A DNA stretch of 64,000 nucleotides, taken from contig CAVPXI010000007.1 in assembly GCA_963709585.1 (NCBI GenBank), positions 480,001 through 544,000 on the forward strand. Direction: 5' to 3'. Positions 56,741 through 64,000 of this stretch are shown piece after piece; position 1 is the first letter of the stretch, and the number at the start of each line of letters is the position of its first letter. The translations under genes and the position numbers were made by a program. The notes beneath the pieces were generated by a model that had not been told where the DNA came from, ran no database searches, and saw only the letters and a program-made list of their open reading frames with translations. Source of the DNA: Candidatus Dormiibacterota bacterium (lineage in GTDB: Bacteria; Chloroflexota; Dormibacteria; Aeolococcales; Aeolococcaceae).

Positions 56741-57106
56741 ATGTGTCGCGTCTGCATGAAGCGCCCGGAGATCCCGGACGAGCGCTACGGCCGCTGCGAA
56801 CAGTGCGCCAAGGCGAGCCGCAACGCGTTCCGTTTCCGGCTGTTTCCCGCCCGCGGGGGTGCGGGCTTCACGGTCAAGGCCGGCGAGCTGTCGCCCCATG
56901 CGCTGCGCCAGAAATGGCGCACGCCGCTCGGCGCATACAAGGGTCATCTCACCACCAAGACGAGCCTCGGACTCCACGAGCTCGAGATGGTCACCGCCAA
57001 GGAGCGCGTCGAGAGCCTGCGGGTCGCGCCCGACCTCGCCGGCCACGACACCGAGGTGCTCGCCGCCCTCCACGCTGCCGCCGAGCGAACCGACACGGCG
57101 TGGTGA
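56741..57106 (+). CDS. Hypothetical protein with N-terminal CxxC...CxxC motif
   Basis: MCRVC...CEQC; TATCCT -10 six nt upstream of ATG. Confidence 0.65.
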   Translation: MCRVCMKRPEIPDERYGRCEQCAKASRNAFRFRLFPARGGAGFTVKAGELSPHALRQKWRTPLGAYKGHLTTKTSLGLHELEMVTAKERVESLRVAPDLAGHDTEVLAALHAAAERTDTAW

Positions 57107-57117
57107 GCAGCCGCCAC

Positions 57118-58389
57118 TCAGCCTGAGAACAGCTTCCACCACGGTGAGGGCGCGGCGATGGCGGTGGTGCTGACCACCTTCCAGGTTATCGAGGTCTTCG
57201 CGTTCAGGACACCGGTGACCTCTGCAACGGTCGCGCCGGTGGGGATCGGAGCGCGCAGTTCCAGGACGGACACGTGAATGCGCAGCAACGCCCCCGCGCG
57301 GATGAAGACGAGGTCGGAGGCGGCCAAGGGTGATACCACCACGGGACCGTTGATCCCCCACCGCGTGGTGATCGATCCGGACACCTGCGGTGCGACCGCC
57401 GAGAGATCGACTGCTGCGTAGGCAGCGACTGCGGCGGTGACCGCCTGTTGCGCCGAGAGAAAGGCCTGACCGAGCTCAGGATGCGCCCCGTCACCTGAGC
57501 CGTCGGGTGGCTGGCCGAGGACGGCCCCCCACACGATGACGGTGTTCCCGGTGTCGTAATGCATTTCGTCAGCGAAGAGAAGGCACCCACCGGCAGCCCC
57601 GGTCCACCCGGTCTTGATGCCCAGCCATCCCGGCTGCCGGTTGAGCAGGATGTCGAGGTTCTTGAGCACGGTGCCGTCCGGCAATGCAGCCTGCGCGGTC
57701 CCCACCAGGTCGGCGAGCCCGGGGTTGGCGATCACCGCCCTCGCGAGCGCCACAAGATCGGCGGCAGTCGAAACCGTTCTCACGCTGATGCCACTCGGGT
57801 CGGCGAAATGGGTGGCGTGCATGCCCAGAGCCGCAGCAGTTGCGTTGAGACGTGCGATGAACGCAGCACGGTTGCCGGACACCCAGACGGCCAGCGTTTC
57901 GGCGATGTTGTCGGCCGACGGCAGCAGCAGCGCGAGGAGCAGGTCGCGCTCGGTTAGGACCTCACCTGCACGAACGCGCAGATTCGACCCTCCCTCGGCG
58001 ACCGCCTGTCGATACAGGGCCACGTCCGCGCTGGTCATGGTGATCGAAGGCCCATCCCCGCCGGGGCCGATCGGATGCGCGCTGAGGACGACGAGCGCAG
58101 TCATCGCCTTGGCGACCGAACCGATCGGACGCACGGCGGCGACCTCTCGGGTCGCGATCGTCCCACCCATGCTGGTCGCGAGCGCGAAGCTGCCGCTGTC
58201 GGGCGTTGGTATCGGGGGTGGCGCGGTGCCGTCGAGCAGTACCGTGGCGGACGCCTGGACGCGCACGGTCGCAGCCGGTGGCGGAGCGGTGAGCCTAACC
58301 GCAACGAACGTGGCCGCTGTGATCACCGTCGCGGCGACCACAGCGACGAACACGATCCACACCCACGACGTCCGTCGCGACCGAGCCAT
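57118..58389 (-). CDS. D-alanyl-D-alanine carboxypeptidase (peptidase S11)
   Basis: N-terminal TM helix; SVAK, SADN and KTG catalytic motifs. Confidence 0.88.
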   Translation of the reverse strand: MARSRRTSWVWIVFVAVVAATVITAATFVAVRLTAPPPAATVRVQASATVLLDGTAPPPIPTPDSGSFALATSMGGTIATREVAAVRPIGSVAKAMTALVVLSAHPIGPGGDGPSITMTSADVALYRQAVAEGGSNLRVRAGEVLTERDLLLALLLPSADNIAETLAVWVSGNRAAFIARLNATAAALGMHATHFADPSGISVRTVSTAADLVALARAVIANPGLADLVGTAQAALPDGTVLKNLDILLNRQPGWLGIKTGWTGAAGGCLLFADEMHYDTGNTVIVWGAVLGQPPDGSGDGAHPELGQAFLSAQQAVTAAVAAYAAVDLSAVAPQVSGSITTRWGINGPVVVSPLAASDLVFIRAGALLRIHVSVLELRAPIPTGATVAEVTGVLNAKTSITWKVVSTTAIAAPSPWWKLFSG

Positions 58390-58484
58390 CCGGCCTATAT
58401 ACGCGCGTCGACCCGTAGGATGCCTGCGTGCCTATCCACGACGACATCGCGCCGGTGGCGGCGTCACATCACGCCGCCTGAGGA

Positions 58485-58799
58485 TCAGGCCTTGGCCCGG
58501 CGCGTAACCCGTGCACCCTTCACCGCGCTCGAGAGCGAGGTGCTCGCCGAGAAACGCACGACCCGACGGGCCGGCACCTTGACCGCCTCGCCGGTCCGCG
58601 GGTTGCGACCAAGCCGCGCGGCGCGCTGTGCGGTCTTGAAGTTGCCGAAACCGTGGATGCGAACCTCGTCGCCTTTTTCCAGCGACTGCGCGATGGTGTC
58701 GAAGAACCAGCGCACCTCATCGCGTGCGGCGGTGACGGTGATTTCTGCACGATCTGCGAGTTGCTTTGCGAGCACATCGCGTGTCACGACTGTAGCCAT
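58485..58799 (-). CDS. hup: HU family DNA-binding protein
   Basis: V.I.GFGNF, R.GRNPRTGE, V.FSAS; upstream TTGAGA-N18-TACACT (58866-58837). Confidence 0.93.
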   Translation of the reverse strand: MATVVTRDVLAKQLADRAEITVTAARDEVRWFFDTIAQSLEKGDEVRIHGFGNFKTAQRAARLGRNPRTGEAVKVPARRVVRFSASTSLSSAVKGARVTRRAKA

Positions 58800-58904
58800 G
58801 CGTTCTCTCCAGGAGTTTGACGGGGAAACGGGCGCCAGTGTAAGGAATACCGAGGTGCTTTCTCAACAACGATCGTGTCGGTCGCTGTGCTAGCGTCGCA
58901 ACGC

Positions 58905-59891
58905 GTGTCGTTGGCGCACGCCGGCGTCGCGGATGCGGAGTGGGATATCGCGCTGCAGCGAATGGGCGGCCACTTCCTGCAGAGCACCCTGTGGCAGCGC
59001 GTCCAGGCCGCTCTCGGCCACGACGTCATCTGGGCCCGCGACGAGCAGTGGATGTGGGCAGGCGCAATTCGTTCGGGCCACTTTCCCCGCTACGTCTACC
59101 TGCCGCACGGCCCCACGGCCGCCTCGACGGACGCGATGACCGGCGCACTTGCCGATGCTATGGGCGCAGCTCGCGAGCGTTCGCTCGACTTCGTCCGCGC
59201 CGAGCCGGCCGGAGAGGCGGTTCTGCCTGCGCTGGTTGCGTCAAGCGCACATCCAAGCAGATCAATTCAACCTCGATGGACGTGGATTCTCGATCTCACG
59301 CCTGACGAGGCCGCCCTCCGCAAGGGGCTGAGCTCGGGACATCGAGGGGCGATCAACGCCGCTCCACGTCGCGGGCTGACGTTCCGTGTGAGCGCCGATC
59401 CCGACGACATCGAGATCTTCCTCCGCCTCCAGGAGCGCACCGCAGCGGCTGGAAGGTTTCGCGGACAGGAGCAGTCATATCACCGCGCCGTCGCTCGCAC
59501 GCTGATGCCCGAACACGCGGCTGCCCTGTACATCGCCGACGCGGCAGGAGTGCCGGTTGCCGCCGCGCTCTGCTTCGACTTCTCCGCCACCCGGTACTAC
59601 GCGCACGCCGTGTCGGACCCCGAAGCAGGCCGCCGCCTCCAGGCTGCCGCTCCCCTGGTGTGGCGGATGATCCTCGATGCTCGCGCCGCAGGCGCGCGGC
59701 GATTCGACTTCTGGGGCATCAGCCCAGCCGGTCATGCCACATCCGGCGCCGCTGCGCATCCATGGGACGGGTTCTCGCAGTTCAAGCGATCCTTCGGCGG
59801 CGAGGCGGTCGAACGCGCCGGCACATGGGATCTGGGCGTTCGTTCGTTGCGCCACAGCCTGTATCGGGCCGCGGTCCGGCTGCGGCGGTGA
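58905..59891 (+). CDS. FemABX-family peptidyl transferase (copy 1)
   Basis: HFLQS..W, YLPHGP, EP, FDFWGI, FKRSFGG, GTWD. Confidence 0.85.
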   Translation: MSLAHAGVADAEWDIALQRMGGHFLQSTLWQRVQAALGHDVIWARDEQWMWAGAIRSGHFPRYVYLPHGPTAASTDAMTGALADAMGAARERSLDFVRAEPAGEAVLPALVASSAHPSRSIQPRWTWILDLTPDEAALRKGLSSGHRGAINAAPRRGLTFRVSADPDDIEIFLRLQERTAAAGRFRGQEQSYHRAVARTLMPEHAAALYIADAAGVPVAAALCFDFSATRYYAHAVSDPEAGRRLQAAAPLVWRMILDARAAGARRFDFWGISPAGHATSGAAAHPWDGFSQFKRSFGGEAVERAGTWDLGVRSLRHSLYRAAVRLRR

Positions 59892-60928
59892 GACCGGCCA
59901 GCGCGCAGGAGATCGGAGGCTGGGACGAGCTCGTCGTCCACAACCCGGATGGAGGGCAGATCCTGCAGACGCGCGCGTGGGGGGAGTTCAAGCGCGCGCA
60001 TCGGTGGGTGCCGCGCTACCTGCTGTCGGAAGATGGACCGCAGGTCGCGGTGCTCGAGCTGCGTCATTCCGTGCCCGGGCTCGGCGCGCTCGGATACGTC
60101 CCGAAAGGGCCGGGTGTGGCCGACGTCGCACCCATGGCCGCTCTCGTCGACGGACTCCGCGCCACCGCGGGCTCGGCTTTCGCGATCAAGGTGGAGCCGG
60201 AGATCGAGCAGAGCGTGGCGGCGACCGCGGCGCTGCGCGACATGGGACTCGAGAAGTCTCGTCACGACGTGCAGATCAGCCGGGCGACGATCATCGTCGA
60301 CCTCTGGCCGGACGAGGCCGCGCTGCTCGCGTCGTTCAAGCCGAAGTGCCGGTACAACATCAGGCTGGCGCAGCGCCACGGCGTGACCGTCGCGCCGGTG
60401 TCGCTCGACGCCGGAAGCATCGACGCCATGTACGCGCTCATGGCATCGACACGCGATCGAGCCGGCTTCACGCTGCGCAGCAGGGAGTACTTCTCGCAGT
60501 ACTGGCATCTCCACGCCGCAGCCGGTCAGGGCCAGCTCTTCTTCGCGTCACTCGACGGCGAGGTGCTCGCCGGGGTTTTCGCGACCTACCTCGGCCGCAA
60601 GGCCTGGTACAAGGACGGAGGCTCAACCAAGGAACACGCCGCGGTGATGGCGCCACACCTCCTGCAGTGGGAGGTGATGCGCTGGCTACGGGCCCGCGGT
60701 GTCGATGCTTACGACCTGGTGGCGGTGCCCCCGGCCGCCGAGCTCAAGCCCTCGCACCCGCTGTACGGGCTCTACCGCTTCAAGTCCGGGTTCAGCGAGC
60801 GCATCACCGAGTACGTCGGCACCTGGGATCTCCCCATCCGGCGCAGTCGCTATGCGGCGTGGAACGCTCTCGCGGAGCGGGCCGCCCACCAGTGGGCGTA
60901 CCGCGTGCGCCACGATCTGCTGTATTAG
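59888..60928 (+). CDS. FemABX-family peptidyl transferase (copy 2)
   Basis: ILQT..WG.FK, YVPKGP, KVEP, RYNIRLA, LQWE, GLYRFKSGF, YVGTWD. Confidence 0.9.
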   Translation: MRPASAQEIGGWDELVVHNPDGGQILQTRAWGEFKRAHRWVPRYLLSEDGPQVAVLELRHSVPGLGALGYVPKGPGVADVAPMAALVDGLRATAGSAFAIKVEPEIEQSVAATAALRDMGLEKSRHDVQISRATIIVDLWPDEAALLASFKPKCRYNIRLAQRHGVTVAPVSLDAGSIDAMYALMASTRDRAGFTLRSREYFSQYWHLHAAAGQGQLFFASLDGEVLAGVFATYLGRKAWYKDGGSTKEHAAVMAPHLLQWEVMRWLRARGVDAYDLVAVPPAAELKPSHPLYGLYRFKSGFSERITEYVGTWDLPIRRSRYAAWNALAERAAHQWAYRVRHDLLY

Positions 60929-62220
60929 CGCCAGATCCTCTTCATGATCACCTTGGACAGCTTTTCGGGATCGTGGTGGGTGGAGATCTGCGACGACGCG
61001 ACGTCGGCGAGGATGTAGTTGACCGGCTGGCGGACGGCCTGGTCGCGGTCGAAGCCGACCCGGGTCACACCTGCCTCAACTGCCGACGGCGGCAGCGGCA
61101 GGCCCACGTTGCTGTTGACGATCACGTAGTCGAAGAGGTTCACGCCGACGTGATCCTCGATGGTCCGCAGATGCTCGCTCACCGAGTACCCCATCGTCTC
61201 GCCGGGCTGGCCGGCGATGTTGCAGACGTAGACCTTCACCGCCGGGCTGGCACGCAGCGCCTCGACCATTCCCTCGATGAGGAGGTTGGGCAGGATCGAC
61301 GTGTAGAGCGACCCCGGTCCGACGATGATCAGCTCGGCGGCCAGGATCGCGGTCTCGGCCTCGGGGTTGATCTCGACATCCGGCGGCTCGAGGAACACGC
61401 GATCGATCTGCTCGACACCGTTGGGCACCTGCAACTCACCGACCCTGACCTCGGTGCCCGCGGTCGCGCAGAGCACGACGTCGCGGAGCGTGGCCGGGAC
61501 GATCTGGCCGCGCACCGCGAGGACCCGACCCGACTCTCGGATGGCATGCTCGAAATCGCCGGTGATCTCGGCCATGGCGGTGATGAACAGGTTGCCGAAG
61601 GAGTGACCGGCGAGCGCTCCCTCACCACCGAACCGGTACTGAAAGAGCTCGGTCATCAGCGGCTCGGTCTCGGCGAGCGCGGTGAGGCACTGGCGGATGT
61701 CTCCCGGCGGCAGGACGCGATATTCCTCGCGGAGGCGTCCGCTGGATCCTCCGTCGTCGGCCACGGTGACGATCGCGACGATGTTGCCTGTGTATTTCTT
61801 GACACCTCTGAGGAGCGAGGACAGGCCGGTACCGCCGCCGATCGCGACCAGGCGCGGGCCCTTGGCGAGCGAGCGGAACTTGTAGAGCTGTTCGGCGAGC
61901 CCGCGATCGGTGCTGCCGCGCCCGGGGAGAAACGGCCCGAGGATCGAGCGGCCGAGCTTGTAGAAGCAGAGGATGATCAGCCCGACGCCGACGAGCGCGA
62001 ACAGGAGCGCGCGGACCAGGCGGGGCAGGAACTGCAGGGTGACATCCCCGACCCACGAGGGGAAGGTGATGGACGCGCTGTACAGGTCGCGCAGGATGTA
62101 GCCCGCCGCCAGGCTGATCATCACGATCGCCAGGAACAGGAGGAGCAGCCAGCGTTTGACGTGGAGCCCTGGCGTGAACCAGCGCATCAGGTTCGCGCTC
62201 GGGCGGATTCGGACCTTCAT
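60925..62220 (-). CDS. yvcK: YvcK/GlmR (CofD-like) protein with N-terminal membrane domain
   Basis: GGGTGLS, TVADDGGSSGRLR, PPGDIR, GHSFGNL, GPGSLYTSILPNL. Confidence 0.92.
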   Translation of the reverse strand: MKVRIRPSANLMRWFTPGLHVKRWLLLLFLAIVMISLAAGYILRDLYSASITFPSWVGDVTLQFLPRLVRALLFALVGVGLIILCFYKLGRSILGPFLPGRGSTDRGLAEQLYKFRSLAKGPRLVAIGGGTGLSSLLRGVKKYTGNIVAIVTVADDGGSSGRLREEYRVLPPGDIRQCLTALAETEPLMTELFQYRFGGEGALAGHSFGNLFITAMAEITGDFEHAIRESGRVLAVRGQIVPATLRDVVLCATAGTEVRVGELQVPNGVEQIDRVFLEPPDVEINPEAETAILAAELIIVGPGSLYTSILPNLLIEGMVEALRASPAVKVYVCNIAGQPGETMGYSVSEHLRTIEDHVGVNLFDYVIVNSNVGLPLPPSAVEAGVTRVGFDRDQAVRQPVNYILADVASSQISTHHDPEKLSKVIMKRIWR

Positions 62221-62275
62221 ACCGCGCCCCGATTCTGGCACTTCGGCCAGAACCTGCCAGCAATTCGGCCCGAGG

Positions 62276-63319
62276 TCAGCCCAGAGGGGTGGGCCGCGCC
62301 TCTCCTTTTGATGCCAGCTCGACCGGGTCGCGGCGGCGGCGCAATTTCGCGAGATTGTGCTCCGCGTCGATGTAGCGCGAGGTTCCTGAATACGATCGCA
62401 TGACCAGGCTCTGGGTGTGGCAGCGGTCCTCCCCGAGGAACCGAACCCCTTCGAGGAGCTCGCCGCTGGTGATCCCGGTGGCGGCGAAGAACACGTTGTC
62501 GCCGGAGACGAGGTCGTCCAGCTCGAGGACGTCGCCCGCGTGCTTGCCCTCCTGCTCCTCGACGGCGCGCTCCGCCTCGCCGACCCAGATACGCGCCTGC
62601 ATGCCGCCACCGATGCACTTGATGGCGCAGGCGGCGAGCACCGCCTCGGGCGCGCCCCCGATGCCCATCAGCACGTCGATACCGGTGCGTTGCTCCATCG
62701 CGGCCATAAGCCCCGCCGCCACGTCGCCGTCCATGATCAGCTTCACCCTCGCGCCGGCGGATCGGATCTCCTCGAGGAGGGTCTCGTGGCGCTCGCGATC
62801 GAGCACCACCACGGTCAGGTCCTCGACCCGGCGATCCTCCGCCCGGGCGATCCGTTTGAGGTTCTGCGCCACCGGGACGGTGATGTCGATCACCCTCGCC
62901 GCGGCCGGGCCGACGATCAACTTCTCCATGTAGTGAAGATGGGTGTGGAACATCGAGCCCCGCTCCGCGAGCGCCACGGTCGCGATGCCGCCGGGGATGC
63001 CGCGCGCGACCAGGCGCGTGCCATCGATCGGATCGACGGCGACGTCGACGGCCGGAGGATTGCCGTTGCCGACCTGCTCACCGATGTAGAGCATGGGCGC
63101 CTCGTCCTTCTCACCCTCGCCGATGACCACCACGCCGTCCATGTCGACGAATCCGAGGCTCCGGCGCATCGAGTCGACGGCGGCCTGGTCGGCCTGCTCT
63201 TTCTGATTACGCCCCATGTGCCGGGCGGCGGCCATCGCCGCCCCCTCGGTGACGCGGACCAGCTCGAGCGCAAGGTTGCGGTCGATGGGCGTCCCCAGGT
63301 CGCGCGGCCGCGTTCCCAT
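62276..63319 (-). CDS. glpX: Class II fructose-1,6-bisphosphatase
   Basis: VRVTE.AA, IGEGEKDEAPML, DPIDGT, DGDV, FAATGIT. Confidence 0.95.
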   Translation of the reverse strand: MGTRPRDLGTPIDRNLALELVRVTEGAAMAAARHMGRNQKEQADQAAVDSMRRSLGFVDMDGVVVIGEGEKDEAPMLYIGEQVGNGNPPAVDVAVDPIDGTRLVARGIPGGIATVALAERGSMFHTHLHYMEKLIVGPAAARVIDITVPVAQNLKRIARAEDRRVEDLTVVVLDRERHETLLEEIRSAGARVKLIMDGDVAAGLMAAMEQRTGIDVLMGIGGAPEAVLAACAIKCIGGGMQARIWVGEAERAVEEQEGKHAGDVLELDDLVSGDNVFFAATGITSGELLEGVRFLGEDRCHTQSLVMRSYSGTSRYIDAEHNLAKLRRRRDPVELASKGEARPTPLG

Positions 63320-63329
63320 TAGCTCGCGA

Positions 63330-64000
63330 TCATACGGTGCGGGTCCCGCGCAACCCATCGGTTCCGTACGCCACGATCGCGGCGGCGGCGCAGCCGATGC
63401 CCTCCGAGAGCGCCGCCTCGAACGTGGCGTTGTCAGCGCGCTCGGCGTGAGCAACGTGCCCGAGGAATCCTCCCGCCAGAGCATCGCCGGCGCCGGTGGG
63501 ATCGACGACCTGCGCGACTGGTGCGGCGGGCGCTTCGACCATGCCCGCCGCGGTGATGCACGCGGCCCCGAGTGGGCCCCGCTTGACCACGACTGCGCGC
63601 AGCCTGCCTGTGCCGCAGAGGACGGCGGCCGCGGTGCGCCAGTCGTCGCTCCCGCTCAGCGCAGCCAGCTCGGCGGCGGTGAGGAACAGGACGTCAACCT
63701 GCTCGATCAGGGATCTGACCTCGGACGGCCGGCTGTCGATGAAGACGGTCATGGAATCGAGGCCGATCACCCTCGCGCTCGACTGATCCATCACGACTCG
63801 CTGGACGCGCGGGTCCATGCTCCCGACGAAGAGCACCTGGGCCCGGCGTGAGCTCTCCGGGAGCACCGGCTGCCACTCCGGATCGCACCCGGGCTCGGAG
63901 GACTCCTCGGATGTGACCCAGCGCTCGAAGTCGTGCACGGCGTGCCAGCGAAAGGTCGGGGACTGGCTCTCCACCAGACCCTCAAGGTCAATGTTCGGGT
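63330..64000 (-). CDS. PfkB family carbohydrate kinase (5'-truncated by the window edge)
   Basis: VVKRG..G, DPTGAGDALAGG. Confidence 0.88.
   Translation of the reverse strand, partial: PNIDLEGLVESQSPTFRWHAVHDFERWVTSEESSEPGCDPEWQPVLPESSRRAQVLFVGSMDPRVQRVVMDQSSARVIGLDSMTVFIDSRPSEVRSLIEQVDVLFLTAAELAALSGSDDWRTAAAVLCGTGRLRAVVVKRGPLGAACITAAGMVEAPAAPVAQVVDPTGAGDALAGGFLGHVAHAERADNATFEAALSEGIGCAAAAIVAYGTDGLRGTRTV

Noticed and set aside
1-64000. CRISPR array, cas genes, prophage, reverse transcriptase or IS transposase
   Set aside because: No repeat-spacer arrays or hallmark proteins were recognised in the sequence or the ORF track

Overview
A GC-rich (roughly 70% by eye) bacterial chromosomal segment made mostly of housekeeping genes: ychF, cca, rplI-dnaB, fumC, moeB, murE, rsmG, gcvT-gcvH, tRNA-Val(CAC), rpsF-ssb-rpsR, serA, trxA, folB-folD-folC, HU, two FemABX ligases, yvcK and glpX. 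Gene content and signals (a GAAC-N4-GTTC LexA box, a DUF222-HNH gene, MurE with EDPR, many apparently leaderless genes) suggest a monoderm Terrabacteria lineage such as Ca. Dormibacterota or Chloroflexota; this is an inference. I saw no CRISPR array, prophage or IS transposase. Most notable observations: (1) ten of about fourteen apparent frameshifts are the same lesion, a duplicated A inside GACTC/GAGTC, which points to an adenine-methylation footprint in long-read basecalling rather than pseudogenes; (2) two paralogous ECF-sigma plus membrane-sensor cassettes share a conserved putative autoregulatory promoter, and their sensors carry 2 or 3 copies of an unrecognised ~95-aa two-cysteine extracellular domain; (3) a tail-anchored membrane protein gene sits directly upstream of a Get3/ArsA ATPase with an alpha-crystallin domain; (4) an AT-hook nucleoid-protein candidate, a uORF/terminator attenuator on an ABC exporter, a candidate sRNA, an LprG/P55-like pair and a degenerate amidase with an SSB-like tail.
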